Of a DNA stretch of 64,000 nt, positions 29,500-45,408 are shown piece by piece; within the stretch, counting starts at the first letter, position 1, and each line of letters begins with the position of its first letter. Origin of the DNA: Octopus vulgaris (taxonomy: Eukaryota); assembly GCA_951406725.2 (NCBI GenBank), contig OX597827.1:2604001-2668000 (forward strand), read 5' to 3'. A program made the position numbers and the translations under genes. The notes under the pieces were generated by a model. The model was given only the letters and a program-made list of their open reading frames with translations, was not told the DNA's origin and did not search any database.

Positions 29500-29872
29500 T
29501 TACTGCCCACAAGGGATTAAGTCGATTACATTGATCCCAGTGCGAAACTGGTACTTTATTTATCGACCCCGAAAGGATGAAAGGCAAAGTCGACCTCGGC
29601 GGAATTTGAACTCAGAACGTAGCGGCAGACGAAATACCTATTTCTTTACTACCCACAAGGGGCTAAACACAGAGGAGGCAAAACAAGGACAGACAAAGGG
29701 ATTAAGTCGATTACATCGACCCCAGTGCGTAGCTGGTGCTTAATTTATCGACCCCCGAAAGGATGAAAGGCAAAGTCGACCTCGGCGGAATTTGAACTCA
29801 GAACGTAACGGCAGACGAAATACGGCTACGCATTTTGCCCGGCGTGCTAACTTTTCTGCCAGCTCGCCGCCT
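29500..29872 (-). mobile_element. SINE family A dimer
   Basis: Same sequence and junction (cagacgaaatacctatttctttac) as the other multimers. Confidence 0.88.
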
Positions 29873-32800
29873 TTGAAATCTTTTTATATGTGGGTTGCTA
29901 AAACTATTTTCGTGGGTTCGGTCGGCATGATATATGACTGTTGTAATGTAACTGAAGTTTCTTTCTGTTCTTCCATTTGATTATTTTATCAAATTCGAGT
30001 AGACAGTCGTAATTTTATTGTCAGTTTAGCCTCTCTTGGTATTTCTCTGCTGTTCATAAGTGTGAGTAAAAGTGATGTCCTCTGCTTTGTGAATAGTCCC
30101 AGAATTGTTATTTTGCAGTGAAATTAAAACTGCTTTTAACGTATCGATGAAATAACAATACTACGTACATGATGTACCCTGCTGGTTTGTTAATCCAAGG
30201 GAGATAGTCATTTCGAAATAAATTTCAACGGGAGTTAAAGCTTAAATTTTAAATCGACGACCAACGAAGATGCATACAGCCTACCTATTTAACGTCTTTT
30301 TCTTAATCATTACAAAGATTTTTATAATTTTAGTGCTTGGCCACTCATGTTATACAGCAGTATGTAATAGAATTCCATATCGTTTACATTTCTCACTGCT
30401 ATGTCTACAACTAGAGAATATTGTTCACTGATAATTAACTCTAATTTCATTTATTTATATATATTTTTATTTATTTATTTCTGTATCGTGTGATTTCTAT
30501 CTGACTTGGGAATTAATTAAAGTAATTACTTCGAGGAAGACCCATTTTAGCCATCTAATAACACGCAAAAACTGTTTTAATTTGTTTTAGTCATCTATTT
30601 CAAAATAGACGGTATATAAATAAATATAACACTTTGTTTGTGTGTGTGTGTGTGTGTTTAGTTGGTTAAAACGGATCTTCCTTGATATAATTGCTTAAGT
30701 TCCAAGATAGTTTTAGACCAAATCATAGAGTACATCTCATCAGATTTAATTAAAATAACCTTTAACCCTTTTAGCATTCAGTTTATTCTGTCAAATGCGA
30801 TGCTTATTTATTTACGTTGTTTTAAAATGGTCGTGCATTGTAACGTAGCTTCGAGATTTCCATTATGTAACAGTTTTTAGAACCAAACTGTAGTGTAAGC
30901 GTGGAAGGTCAGATTTGGCTGGTCGAATATATAACAGGCAAGATATTTGGGCCAGATATAGACGGCTTAAATGCTACAGAATTAAAAAGTACTCACAAAA
31001 TATGTTGTCTTTAGAATAAAAACAAAACAAAAACAAAAAACATATTTGAGGTTATCAATATATATATGTATATATATATTCTTTTACTATTCTTTCACGC
31101 GTTTCAGTCATTTTGACTGCGGCCATGATGGAGCACCGCCTTCAATGGCCTTAGTCGAAGAAATCTACCCCCAGGAATTATTCCTTTTAGGCCAAGTACT
31201 TATTCTATCGGTCACTTTTGCCGAACCGCTGAGTTATGAGCACATAAACACACCAACGTCGGTTGCTAAGCGATGAGGGTGGTGGTGGTGGTGAGGACAA
31301 ACAGATACAAAGACATACACATACATAATACATACGTACATACGTACGTACGTACGTATGTATGTATGTATGTATGTATGTATGTATGTATGTACGTATG
31401 TATGTACGTATGTATGTATGTATGTATGTATGTATGTATGTATGTATGTATGTATGTATGTACGTATGTATGTATGTATGTATGTATGTATGCATGCATG
31501 TATGTATGTATGTATGTAACAGGTTTTGTAGAATTTTCTGCTGCTTTAAATAAAACATATTACTCTACCATTGGTATTTGAGTACTTTGCCGTTCATTCT
31601 TTCGATGTAACCAATTTAGCTCCTCTCCCTAACTTGCTGGCCTTGTGCCAAAATTTGAAACCAATATATATTTCTCATTTCTTTATTACCCACAAGGGGC
31701 TAAACATAGAGAGGACAAACAAGGACAGACAAAGGGATTAAGTCGAATAAATCGACCCCAATGCGTAACTGGTACTTAATTTATCGACCCCGAAAGGATG
31801 AAAGGCAAAGTCGACCTCGGTGGAATTTGAACTCAGAACGCAGCGGCGGACGAAATACCACAATGCATTTCGTCCGGCGTGCTAACGATTCTGCCAGCTC
31901 GCCGCCTTACCAATGAAACCAATAAATATTTCTATGGCTGTCAGAGAAGAAGAAGCAGTATCTCTGGTTCTTAGAAACGACTCTGGAATTGGTACGGAAG
32001 TGGAGGCGGCGAAAAACCATGACTGATATGGCGCATCAGGGAAAAGTAGTATATCAAAATATCGAATTATACACAAACCGTTGACCCCCTCGTTTTAATG
32101 CTGGCAATAAAATGGACTGAACTAAAGGTATTCAAAAGCTAAGGGAGGAACTTAAGCCGACTAACGAATTAGATCAATCGGCTAAGGAAGTATAAAATCC
32201 ATATAACTGCCTTCTGCGCAGGTCTGGTTGGATTATCTTAAAGGAATTTTGAGAATGACGTCAGAACATTTACTGAGGGAAGACTCAAAAGTGAAAGTAA
32301 AATCAAATTTATTATAAAACTAGTTTTGGTAGTTTTTACTGGGTCTGCATGTTCGACTGACGGTTTATGCAACCATACTACACACACAAACACACACAGA
32401 CAGATAGACAGACACTCACACACACACACACACACACATACATACATACACACGCACACATGCAGGAGCGCATACACGTATGTAAACATATCTAATACAT
32501 TAATATACATAAACATATATATATGCATACGTATATATATATGCACACACGCGCGCGCGCGCATACAGGATAGAAACAATGAACACAGAATGAAGGAAGG
32601 CAACACAGAAAGACAAGTTTTAAGAAATATTGCATTTGCTTAACGCTTAAAAGGAAGTGGAATAGTCGTTACATTTCGGACGGTAGACCTTCATCAGAAG
32701 AAAAGTAGAGAAGAAAAGTGTTGGAGAGCGAAAGAGAAATAGTGGCTGGAGATTCATTGATCTGTGGCCATGCTGGGGTACTGCTTTGAAAGGGCTTAGC

Positions 32801-33299
32801 CGAGCAAACCGACCTCAGTACTTATCTTTTTAACTCTATACTTATTATATCGGTATCGTTTATCAAACCGCTAAGTTGTGAGTTATAAACAAACCAATAC
32901 CGGTTGTCAAGTGTTGGTGGTAGTGGTGGTGGTGGTGGTGGTGGTTGTGGTGGGGAATGCAAAGGTACGAACGCATACGTATATGCATACACACAATAGG
33001 CTTCCGCACAGTTTCCTTCTACCAAATTTACTGAAAATGCATTCGTCGGCCCGGAGACATTGTAGGAGCCACTCGTCCTAGGTGCCGCACAGTAGGGTTG
33101 AATCGGAAACCACGTGACTGCAAACCAAGCCCATGGCTACACATCGTGAAAAACAAAAGGAAAAAGAATATTTCTGCGAAAGAGAATTATTGTGGTAAGG
33201 GAGAGTAAGCGAGAGGGAGAGAGAGAGAGAGGAGAGGGAAAAGAGAGAGAGAAGGTATGGGAGAGAGAGAGAGAGAGAGAGAGAGTAAAGAATAAATAG

Positions 33300-33583
33300 T
33301 TACAAAAGGGGAGTGAGTGATTGGGGAGAAAAGGAATAGTAAGAACTGTGTACCTTGGGTACTGCAGGTAAAGGCTTTGCATAAGATGTAAAACTATTCC
33401 TCATTGGTAAATTCCAGTGCTGTGAAGGGATGTTGGGACTGGCACTGGTCACCCGGATTGACTTCAAGTCAATGACGTCATTGGATGTTGGGTTCGGGCA
33501 GATATTACCTTCGTTTGAACCCTTTGTGGTCGGATTGGTATGTTTACCTCGGCTGAGTGTATGTAACTGGGAAGACTTATGCC
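33300..33583 (-). CDS. Protocadherin terminal coding exon 3 (G-HKSSQLHTLSRG...WNLPMRNSFTSYAKPLPAVPKVHSSYYSFSPQSLTPLL*)
   Basis: Acceptor ttcttcttatgattgcag|GG completes the Gly codon from exon 2 (phase 1). Frame is open to TAA at 33302-33300. Non-repetitive Ser/Pro/Thr-rich sequence with a KPLPAVP motif. A weak donor AAG|gtacac after 33354 could be an alternative end. Confidence 0.8.
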
Positions 33584-34065
33584 CTGCAATCATAAGAAGA
33601 ATACCAACATGAGAAGAGAGTAAAAAAATAAAACGGTAAAAAGGAACCAGAAGGAAAAAAAAATAAGAAGGAGCTGGTGGGAGCAGAAGAAAGGTGAGAG
33701 AAAGGGAGAAGGGGAAGAAGGGTTGCAATAAATACCAACATCATTTTTTAATTCAGTTAAGTTTGAGTTGATCAAGATAATTTGAATAAAATAGATAAAT
33801 GCGCATTCATCAGAGAAACATATGCAGACGTGTGCATATGTGTATGTATGCATGTATGTATGTATGTATGTATGTATGTATGTATGTATGTATGTATGTT
33901 TGTATGTATGTATGTTTGTATGTATGTATGTATGTATGTATGTTTGTATGTATGTATGTATGTATATATATATATATATATAAAATAATAATTATTATTT
34001 GAGGGAATATTAATCCTAACTTACAGGGAAAATTTCAATTTAGAAATACTAAATCAAATATATAT

Positions 34066-34135
<70 letters not shown>

Positions 34136-34553
34136 GACTAAGCTGAGCAAAAGCATACACTAGGACGAAAAGTGTCACTGAAGAGGTCACAGATGTGTGA
34201 CGAAAGATTTCCGGACAATGGACATGAGTTCAAATAAGAACAGTAATAAACGAGTGAAGAACGAATATATAGTGCATGTGTTTATTTTATTATATTTTAC
34301 TTGTTTCAGTCATTAGACTGTGGCCATGGTTGCGGCACTGCCTTGAAGAAATTTTAGTCGAATGAATCGACCTCACTAAGTTTTTTTTTTAATCTGTTAC
34401 GTCTTATATCGGTTCTCTTTTGCCGAACTGTTAAGCTGTGGGATTTGTTGTCAAACGGTGGTGGGGGACGAACACAGACACAAAGAAACACGCGGGTACA
34501 CACACACACACGTGTGTGTGTGTGTGTGTGCGCCCACGTGTTTATGTATGTGT

Positions 34554-34598
<45 letters not shown>

Positions 34599-35743
34599 AA
34601 TACGACAGGCACCCTTCAGATTCCGTGAACCAAATCTACTCACAAGGCCTTAGTCGGACCGAGACTATAATAGAAGACACTTGCCCAAGGCACCGCGCAG
34701 TGGGACTGAACCCAGACCCATGTGGTTGGGAAGCAAGCTTTTTTATTTCATTATATTGGCCATAAAGGCCTTACACAGAGAAAGAAAGCTGCGGGCTGGA
34801 CATAGACATAACGTTATATGAAATGAAAATGGAAGTCAGCTTCTTACCACGCAGCCACGCCTGCGCCTATTGATAAACTGACTTGACTTTCAGGGCTAGT
34901 TGCAGAATGCACACAAATCTGATTTTCTTTATTGAATCTTGTCCCCTTTTTTTGTTTTATTTAAGAAATACCAACCGTTTTCATTAAAATGTTAATATAT
35001 TTGTTTCAATCCACCTAAAATTTTCCTTTTCTTCCTTCCCATTTTCAGCCCTTGGGAAAAACTTGAATATATTAACCATTCTCTTGTCATCTTCCCTGCA
35101 TCTTTCGCCATTCCATCAGTTATTTACATATTTATACACCTTACATTTTCCAGTTCACATCAACATTCGTTTCTGATGAATACATATTTTCTTCATTACG
35201 ATACTCTACATATTATATCTCTTGTTATCTTTAGTCAAGCAACGAACGGTCGTCTTCCTATTACAGTTCTCTCTCTCTCACTCACTACCCCACTCTCTCC
35301 ATCTCTTTCTATCTACCCTCTCTCCCTCTTTCTCTCGCATGTTCCGTTCTTTTTACTGTGTGTTTCTGCTTTAGATCTCTCTATCTTTTTATCAGCTCAA
35401 AACCCCCATCTTTCGTCAACCATATTTTGTCTAACGACATCGTTCTCACGGTCTGCATCCATACGTATTCGACAGTATAATACGTTTCTTACCCTCTCTT
35501 TTATATCTCGTCTTATATCTAAATTTTACATTGTAAACGTTTAAATCTTACGATCTGAGTATTCATAAGTCTCATTTAACCAAATATACTATAGTGGAGT
35601 GAGGGTGGAATTTCTGATAAAACCCTTAGTCCTACCGAAAAAGCGTAGCACGAAATTCGAAATAACGACGGTATAAAATCTGAGACTAAATTGCTATTAT
35701 TTGTTACTCCATGTATTGATTATTTTCTCCTTTCTTCATTCTC

Positions 35744-35796
<53 letters not shown>

Positions 35797-35916
35797 TACA
35801 TACATCACACAAATGCATACACACACACACAAATACATACACACACAAAACCTATAAACACATAAACACAATACACTCACACACAAATATATATGTATAT
35901 ACACACACCATACATT

Positions 35917-35972
<56 letters not shown>

Positions 35973-36136
35973 TACGTGAGCGTATACATCTTCATTGATG
36001 TGTGTTTATGTGAGGGTATGTGTGTGTGTGCGTGTGTGAATCCGTGTGTGAGTGAGTGCATGTGTGTGTACGTATGCATGTAACATACATGAATATATAT
36101 CAATATTTGTACATATATATATACATATACATATAC

Positions 36137-36185
<49 letters not shown>

Positions 36186-37507
36186 CACACACATGTATAT
36201 ATACATATATATATATGTGTGTGTGTGTATATATATAAACTGCGTGCCTGTGTAGTATATATATATGAGCCAATAATAGCCTTCCCCCTCCCCCCTCCCT
36301 CCACATGCCTGCAAGTAGATTGTCACAGCTAATATTGTCATGTTTCTTTCCATTATCAACATCTTCCGTTTTTTACACTCTCCATACCCAAATTCTCCTT
36401 CTCTCCCTTCTTCTATTTCTTCTTTCTACTGCAAGAATGTTCTCGAAGACAGTTAAGGCGAAGAACATTTACCATTTCGATTGTCGAACTAATTTTATCT
36501 CAAATAGAACTGCTTGTCAGTCTTATCTTCCTGCTTTTAAGTTTAGCTTTTTTGCTTTCACTCTTTTTATACACTATCTTTCTTAAGCAAAATGTTATGT
36601 ACAAATGTATGTATGTATGTATGTATGTATGTATATATGTATGTATGTATGTATTTATGTATGTATGTATGTATGCATCTATGTATGTATGTATGTATGT
36701 ATGTATTTATGTATGTATGTATGTATTTATGTATGTATGTATGTATGCATCTATGTATGTATGTATGTATGTATGTATGTATTTATGTATGTATGTATGT
36801 ATTTATGTATGTATGTACGTATGTATTTATGTATGTATGTATGCATCTATCTATGTATGTACGTACGCTTGTGTGTAAGCATATATGAGAATGTATGTAT
36901 GTTTATATGCTTCTATGTAGGTATGAATGAGTGTATGCATGTACATAAGTATGCGTGTGTATGTAAGTATGTATGTATTTAAGTATGCATGTACGCGTGT
37001 ATGTATTTGTGTATGAAAAGGTATTATTTATTTTTTAGTATTACCGTATGTATTTAACTGAGTGTGCATGTATACATGTATATATAAATATATATACATG
37101 TATGTATGTATGTATATATGTATGTATGAACAGATGTATATATGTATATATAAATAGAGGTATATATATGGATATATGAATACATAAACATGTATATATT
37201 TGTGTGCGTATACCTATATACATATGCGTGTGTATATATATATACACACACACACATATATATATATATGTGTGTGTGTGTGTATGTATACACACACACA
37301 CACATATATATATATACAGCATACAGACATATGTAAAAATGCAAATTTATAGTATATACAAATATGTGTGTGTGTGTGTGTGTGTATAATATATATGTAT
37401 GCTTATGTGTAAATTATATATATATATGTATGTTTAGAAGTATGTACATGTATATAAATATATATATATATATGCATGTATGTAAATCTGATTGTGCGTG
37501 CCTGTGT

Positions 37508-37556
<49 letters not shown>

Positions 37557-38163
37557 TGTGTCTGTGTGTGGGCATGTGTATTATGTATAAATATGAGCTG
37601 TCTGTATATTTAGAGAGAAACTACTGCTTTATCGGGAGACAACAAAATGGACAGCCACCAAATCATATATTTTATTATTCACCATCTGTTGTTTGACAAT
37701 TATTTTAATATATAACGCAGCAATGACGTTTCCAATTTAATTTTTAAATGTTCATATTCCTTGCGAAAATAAAAAAAACCTATTTCCATCGTCTGCAGCA
37801 ACATTTCCATCGGGTGCAGAATTCACCGCTGTTGATGATGATGATGATGATGATGAAGTGTGTGTTGTCACAGCCTGCACCGATTGATGCAATACAACTC
37901 GACGCACAATATCCTACCACTTAGGGACAGCTGTCGATGGGTTGAAACGATCCTCGTGTGGAATAAAGATTCGTACTAAATCCACCTTCCGTTTCTTTCA
38001 TCAATTATAAACTCAATAAACAATGCGCATTTTCTGACGAAGATCCAGTGAAGATTATTTCGTAAATGTGGTTGACATCAGGTAGCCCAAAACGGCAAAC
38101 GTGCTTTAATCAACATACTAATAGACATATACCCAAAGTCTAAATAGTTACTAATATACATAT

Positions 38164-38424
<261 letters not shown>

Positions 38425-38961
38425 ACATATATATGTTAATGTGCTTGTGTATGTGTATACACACACACATATATATTTGTGTGTGTTTGTGTGTGTGTGT
38501 GTATGTGAATGCATCTTTACATAGCTAAGCCAACATGACTCGAGGTAGATTTAGTCGCAGTTTCTACAAGATCGACAGGTATAAAGGTATGTATGTATGC
38601 ATGTATGTATATATGTACGTATGTTCCTCATATGTATATCAGAAAATTTGATGAAATGTTCACAGTTAATAGTATTACGTTGACACTTCCAAAAAGTGTC
38701 AAACGTTTACAAAGTAAAATTTAAAGGTTAAAAATTTAACGTTTCGGACATAGTCATTCTTCAGATATTAGAGTAAATCAAGAGAAGACTGGAGACGGAT
38801 GAAGAACGGAAGCGAGATTCAAAAGAGGAAAGCCAGAAAAAATGCTCGGAAGTGATGTTCTAATGTTCTTAGGAGTTTGAGAGGTAAATTTAGTTTTAAT
38901 GGCAAAAGTGTAAAAGAGGAAATCTCGTTGGTGTGTATGTTTGCTTGCGTATGTGAAAGGT

Positions 38962-39005
<44 letters not shown>

Positions 39006-40199
39006 TATATACATACATACATACATACATACATACATACATACATACATACATACATACATACATAAATACATACATACATACAAACGCGCACGCAGAA
39101 TTCCATATATTGTATATATAAATTTATGCTTATGTATGTTAAGAAGTTCGCTTCGCAGTTGTATTGTGTGATGTCTTTAGCAGGTGCATTTGCCACACCA
39201 TCGAGTTGACATGATTCTTGTGAGTTAATTCGGGTCGACGGAAACTGTATCGATGCACATCGGATGGACTACACAAGTCCATCCTCGTCACATTTCTAGC
39301 ACTTTCGTTTTACGTTAAAGCTACGCGCATTTTGAGGATGCTGGACCACTTTGAACAAACTAATTCTATAAACTGGTGTATCCAGTTGAATGAATACACC
39401 AACTATTCATCATACGTCCGAATCGACGACAGACTCAGACGTGCCAACAAAGGCATACATACATACATACATACATACATACATACATACATACATACAT
39501 ACATACATACATACACACACATACATACATACATACATACATACACACATACATACATACATACATGCATACATACACACATACATACATACATACATAC
39601 ATACATACATACATACATACATACATACATACATACATACATACATACATACATACATACATACATACAGGACTTACTATATGCCCAGTTAATAGCGTTA
39701 TGCTTGGTATATACAAAGCCACGGATATTGTATGTGCTTAACATGAAAATAGTAAGTATTTACTGAATTACAAGGTGAACGCATTCATTTAGTATTCTAG
39801 CAGTTTTTTTAATGAATTGAAATATACATATGTATATATTTATCTCTGTATCTGTCTGTTTGCCTCTATCTGTCAAACTATCAATCTATATATCTATTTC
39901 TTTCTCTATCTATCTGTCTATCTGTTTATCTATCAATCAAGCTACGAATCAATATATCTATCAATCTATCGATCAATATAGTTACCTACCTATCTGCCTA
40001 TCTACCTATTTACCTACCTATCTACCTCCCTACAAACCTACTTTATTTCATAAATTGGCCATACAGCCTTACAGAGATGTAACTGCGGGCTGGACAAGGA
40101 CACAAATGATAATGGATGAAAAAAATGAAAAGACAATGGGTGGGGGAAGCAGACTACGCTCCACCGATTGCTGCTTCCCGAAAACATTGTTCTCTTTTT

Positions 40200-40990
40200 C
40201 TCAACAACACAAAATGTGGCATTGAACCTCTTACCAAAATTCAAAGAATGGACGTAATTTTCCTTACAAGTTGAGGCGCTGAGCCTCTTACCAAAAAATA
40301 ACAAATTCAAGTTTCCAATCAAGGCACTAAGGCCTCTTACCTTTCCTCCCCGACCAGTCAATATGCCTCCCGCAGGCAATCCTGCAGTTCGAAATCGGGG
40401 CTCCAGAAAGCAAAACTGTCTTGGTCCTTGAGAAAGGAGTCTATTACCCTGAACATATTCTCCATTATGACTTCCGCAGTTACCTGCGGAGGCCAATCCG
40501 TGTCTTCAGTCCAGCACAGGACCCCCTCCCTCCGGCTCTCTAGCTTCTTCACAAAGCTTTGTATAGCTCCTCCCTTATGAAAGAAGATCACAAAATCATC
40601 CTTCATCCTAATGGGAGGGGGGTCAGTCTCCTCCGTCGGTGGCACAATTCCCATCTACGGGGTTTCAGGACATGCCGGCAGTGTACTACTAACCGCCGGC
40701 AATGGCCCATTCTTCTTCTTCTTTTTTCTCCCTTGTGCTACGGCAGGGTGTAGTTCTTCCGCTCTATCCGGAGGATCTTCCCTCCTGCCCGCAGGCTTGG
40801 GGTCATTCGATAGGCAAGCATTGTTGCCCACCTTCTTCCTTTTTTTCCTTTTTTCGAGGAGGTTTCTGCCTCCTCGACTGCCGCCATAGCATTTTTCCGA
40901 TGGTCATATAACTGAGAAGATGGCAACGTGGATTTCCACCTCGGCATCCGAAACTCGCAGTTTTATCATGGCTACCAAATAATTTCCACA
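40200..40990 (-). mobile_element. Possible LINE ORF1-like relic
   Basis: GC-richer island with overlapping broken frames (GGNPRCHL, Lys/Glu-rich linker, MKDDFVIFFHKG...) and three cctcttacc repeats at one end. No decisive motif. Confidence 0.3.
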
Positions 40991-41069
40991 TATTACATTT
41001 GCAGATAAATTCCTCTATTTACATAATATCGAGGTCTCTTTTTTTCTTTTGTTGTCTTTCCATTTTTAT

Positions 41070-41141
<72 letters not shown>

Positions 41142-41556
41142 TCATCCCGCCATGTTGGACCGCTGAACTCTACACAGTTTTTCTCTCTCAGCTCTTTTCG
41201 TTCTCCATTTTCCCTCATACTCCTTTCTGTCGATGAGCGTAGGTTCGAAACGGAAAAGACTTTTCCATTTTTCCCCAGCGTTAAACTAACAAACCTGCTT
41301 GTTATTCCTACTACTCTCTTCATCTTTTGTTTTTTTGTTGTTTTTTTTAATAAATTTGAACTACACACACACACATACACACACGCCCGCCCGCCCGCAC
41401 ACACAGATATACATATACCTCCACATTCACACATACATACTTTGTGTGCGCGAGCGAGTGTGTGTGATTACGTGTGAATATTTATAGTCGAATAGTTGTG
41501 TAAATAATTTTGTATGTTTGAGAATGCGTTTGATTATGCATACCTGTTTCTCTTCC

Positions 41557-41615
<59 letters not shown>

Positions 41616-42350
41616 ATCCTGTCCATATGTCCTTCCCACTCATAAGCCTCTTCGTCTTCCATTTCTTATCTCTTCTCGTTTCTTTCTCTCTCCTTTGCTC
41701 TTACTCTCTTCCCCTCTCTCTTACCTTTACACTCTTTATCTCTCCACATCATCTATTATCGAAGTATGACAGGCTGTCATATGTATATATATAGTTGTAC
41801 GTATTCCCACAGTGACGCCAGTGGGCCGCCGTACAATCCCAAAAGACACCAATGAATTACTGATAAGCCACTGGATATGTTACTTACACGAACATCAATG
41901 AATATTCAGATTACACCTAATTAACTATTCACATTGCAATATGGATGGACATTCGGAACACTTTCTGTATTGCATATTATGTATTTTCTATTTCTTTGTT
42001 AGGGTTTGTGTTGTTACTGTTGTTATTGCACTTTACTTGTTTATTTGTTGTTAGTCAGTTTCCATTCGATGTTTTTCCTATATTATACTCCATGTAAAAC
42101 TCCATCAAAGTCAGTACTACCATCTCTATCGATGACGACGCCACTACAATCACGACCACCATCACAGCCATCACCACCACGACAACCACCACTAGCTATG
42201 AATTTTTTCTTTTAATGTAATCCCATCTTTCGCCCATGTGACAAATAAAGACATCATCATCATCACTATTATCATCATCATCATCATCATTATTATTATT
42301 ATTATCATTATCATCATCATCATCATCATCATCACCATCAATATCATCAC

Positions 42351-42389
<39 letters not shown>

Positions 42390-42778
42390 TATTATTATTA
42401 CTGAGTGAGTGTGCAGTGCATGCCATCAAAGTAAAACTGGGGTAAAATATACGAAGTCCAGTATACCCATCATGATTACCCGGGTACACCAGATACATCA
42501 TGCGTCACAACCATATGTGCGCGACATGAGGATCTCATATCAAAATAAACAGCTCATGGCTTGTAGGTGGGGCCCAGTTAGAATTTTCTTCAAGTCGAGT
42601 AGCCCATCCCTCTCAACTGGTCGCTGAATAAGGGTTGTTTAAGGATGTTGAACGAAACACCCATGCTTCCAGAGGTGAATTATTCAAACCCCAAAGAATC
42701 CCTCTCAACACATGGCTATGATGTTCCCCCACTACTTCTGCTCGTGATCAGAGATGCACATATCGTAAGTAACTAGGG
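42390..42778 (-). mobile_element. Probable interspersed non-LTR repeat fragment with (AAT)/(GAT)n tail
   Basis: Higher-GC block abutting the 42250-42400 trinucleotide tract. I recall it as a common octopus repeat but cannot verify this from one copy. Confidence 0.4.
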
Positions 42779-43209
42779 TCTTCTATATTTGAGACTCACT
42801 AGTGGTAAAAGTGTGTCTCGATTACGTTTCTTACATAAATTAGTAACGAGGCTTTTATGTCACCGATCCTTAGGTGGACAATGCTAAACATAAATCTACA
42901 CACACATTGACATACATATACATATACATACGCATACACAGATACATACACGCATACATTGATGTACACACATATAATGCACATAGAGAGAGACACACAC
43001 ATAGACATATTCATGCATAGACATGCACACAGACATACACACACATCTACATAAACGTACATCAACGTATACACATATCGACGTATACACGCATAGACAT
43101 ACACAGAAATCGTTTGACACACACACATGCATATACGCACGCACACACACACACATCGATAAATATACCCATCAACAGACACACAGACATATACATATTC
43201 TTTTCTAAT

Positions 43210-44014
<805 letters not shown>

Positions 44015-44673
44015 TACAGACAGACATATTGATTTACACCACCATGCCTTTGCAAATCCTGTTTTAGAACAGGAAGGACACTTCACGTAATTCGTTTTTG
44101 ACATCCAAACGACAGTAGGATCACAGTTGGAACAGCTTGTTTATAAACCGACGGATTGAGGCTGATCTAAGGTTAAGCAACATCATTAAGAAACTGGAGG
44201 AAAGAGAAATAGATTCTACATCAGTGTTACTCAACCATATTTTTCTTTTTTTATCTATGGACCCTTTTCATTCCCATTTTACTTGCATGGTCCCCCCTAG
44301 CCATTCGACGCTTTAAAAAATCATGTATCTCTATAATTAGATTTTAATAGGAATTGTATAAAAAACGTTGAGATATTTTGTGCATAATCAATTTATTGCG
44401 TATAAACTTTAACAACAAAATCTTATGTGGATTCCCAGGGGCCATGTGAACCCTACTGACACTCACTGTTCTACATGGTAGCTTGATTGCTAGAGAAAAC
44501 GGTGAAATTTCTTCTCAATCACTTCCTACAGTCAATAAAATAGTTTAGAACACATTGGATAATGCAAGTCTTGGATTCAGTGTTTTAAGAGACGATCGAG
44601 ACTGCCACGAGGCAAGACGACAACAACAGCAACTACAACAACAACAATAGTCTGACAGAGAGATGTACACAGC

Positions 44674-44706
<33 letters not shown>

Positions 44707-45149
44707 AACAACAATAACAACCTCATACAGATAGACGGTTTTACATAAATATCATGGCAGAAAGGATCCCACTTAGCAGGGTCCGTACTGACTGGAGAAA
44801 GAGAAAAAGAATTTGTGCTTTCAGAGGTAACAGAGGGAAACAGAAACCAACTTTCAGAGTTCACAGGGAAACACAAACACACACACACACACTCATACAC
44901 ACACACTCATACACACACACTCATACACACACACACATACACGCGCGTGCACATACACACACACTCACACACACACGCCAAGCTTCTACGATTCACAGAG
45001 AGAAAGAGAAGGAAAGAGACAACAATCTTCTAAAATCGATACGGAAACGCACAAGTAAAATGTTCTGTTTTCACACAGGAACAGTCTAAGAAGCAAAGCA
45101 GCAAAACACCGAACGAAAACAATATCCAACAAACCAAAAGACGACATAC

Positions 45150-45279
45150 CTGGTAATTCCTCATAGAGTCTTGCATCTCTGTTAAGTAAACCTTTACCGC
45201 TGTAAGAATTTGAGAGAGTAGCAACTGTACGGTTCTCTTTTTCGACATCAGGTGCCGCTGCTATGCGTTGAGGGGTTTT
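45150..45279 (-). CDS. Protocadherin cytoplasmic exon 2 (KTPQRIAAAPDVEKENRTVATLSNSYSGKGLLNRDARLYEELP-G)
   Basis: Acceptor tttctcttcag|, donor CAG|gtatgt. 130 nt, open in phase 0 matching the exon-1 donor, exits in phase 1. Unique sequence amid repeats. A YEELP-type motif is what I recall from cephalopod protocadherin tails. Confidence 0.82.
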
Positions 45280-45408
45280 CTGAAGAGAAACGGTTGTAAC
45301 TTAAGGATAGCAAATAAAATGCTGGTCCTTGATCAAATGTCTGTTTGTCGTGCGTTTGTCTGTTTGTGTGCTTGTCTATCAACGGTGATATGAGGAGAAA
45401 TTAGCAGC

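Noticed and set aside
29880-30420. Possible APE endonuclease relic on the minus strand
   Set aside because: Only vague motif echoes among many stops; cannot be supported without a profile search.
37760-37915. Possible extra protocadherin exon in intron 2 (QAVTTHTSSSS...)
   Set aside because: Poor acceptor and donor, and the open frame does not fit the phase-1 junction.
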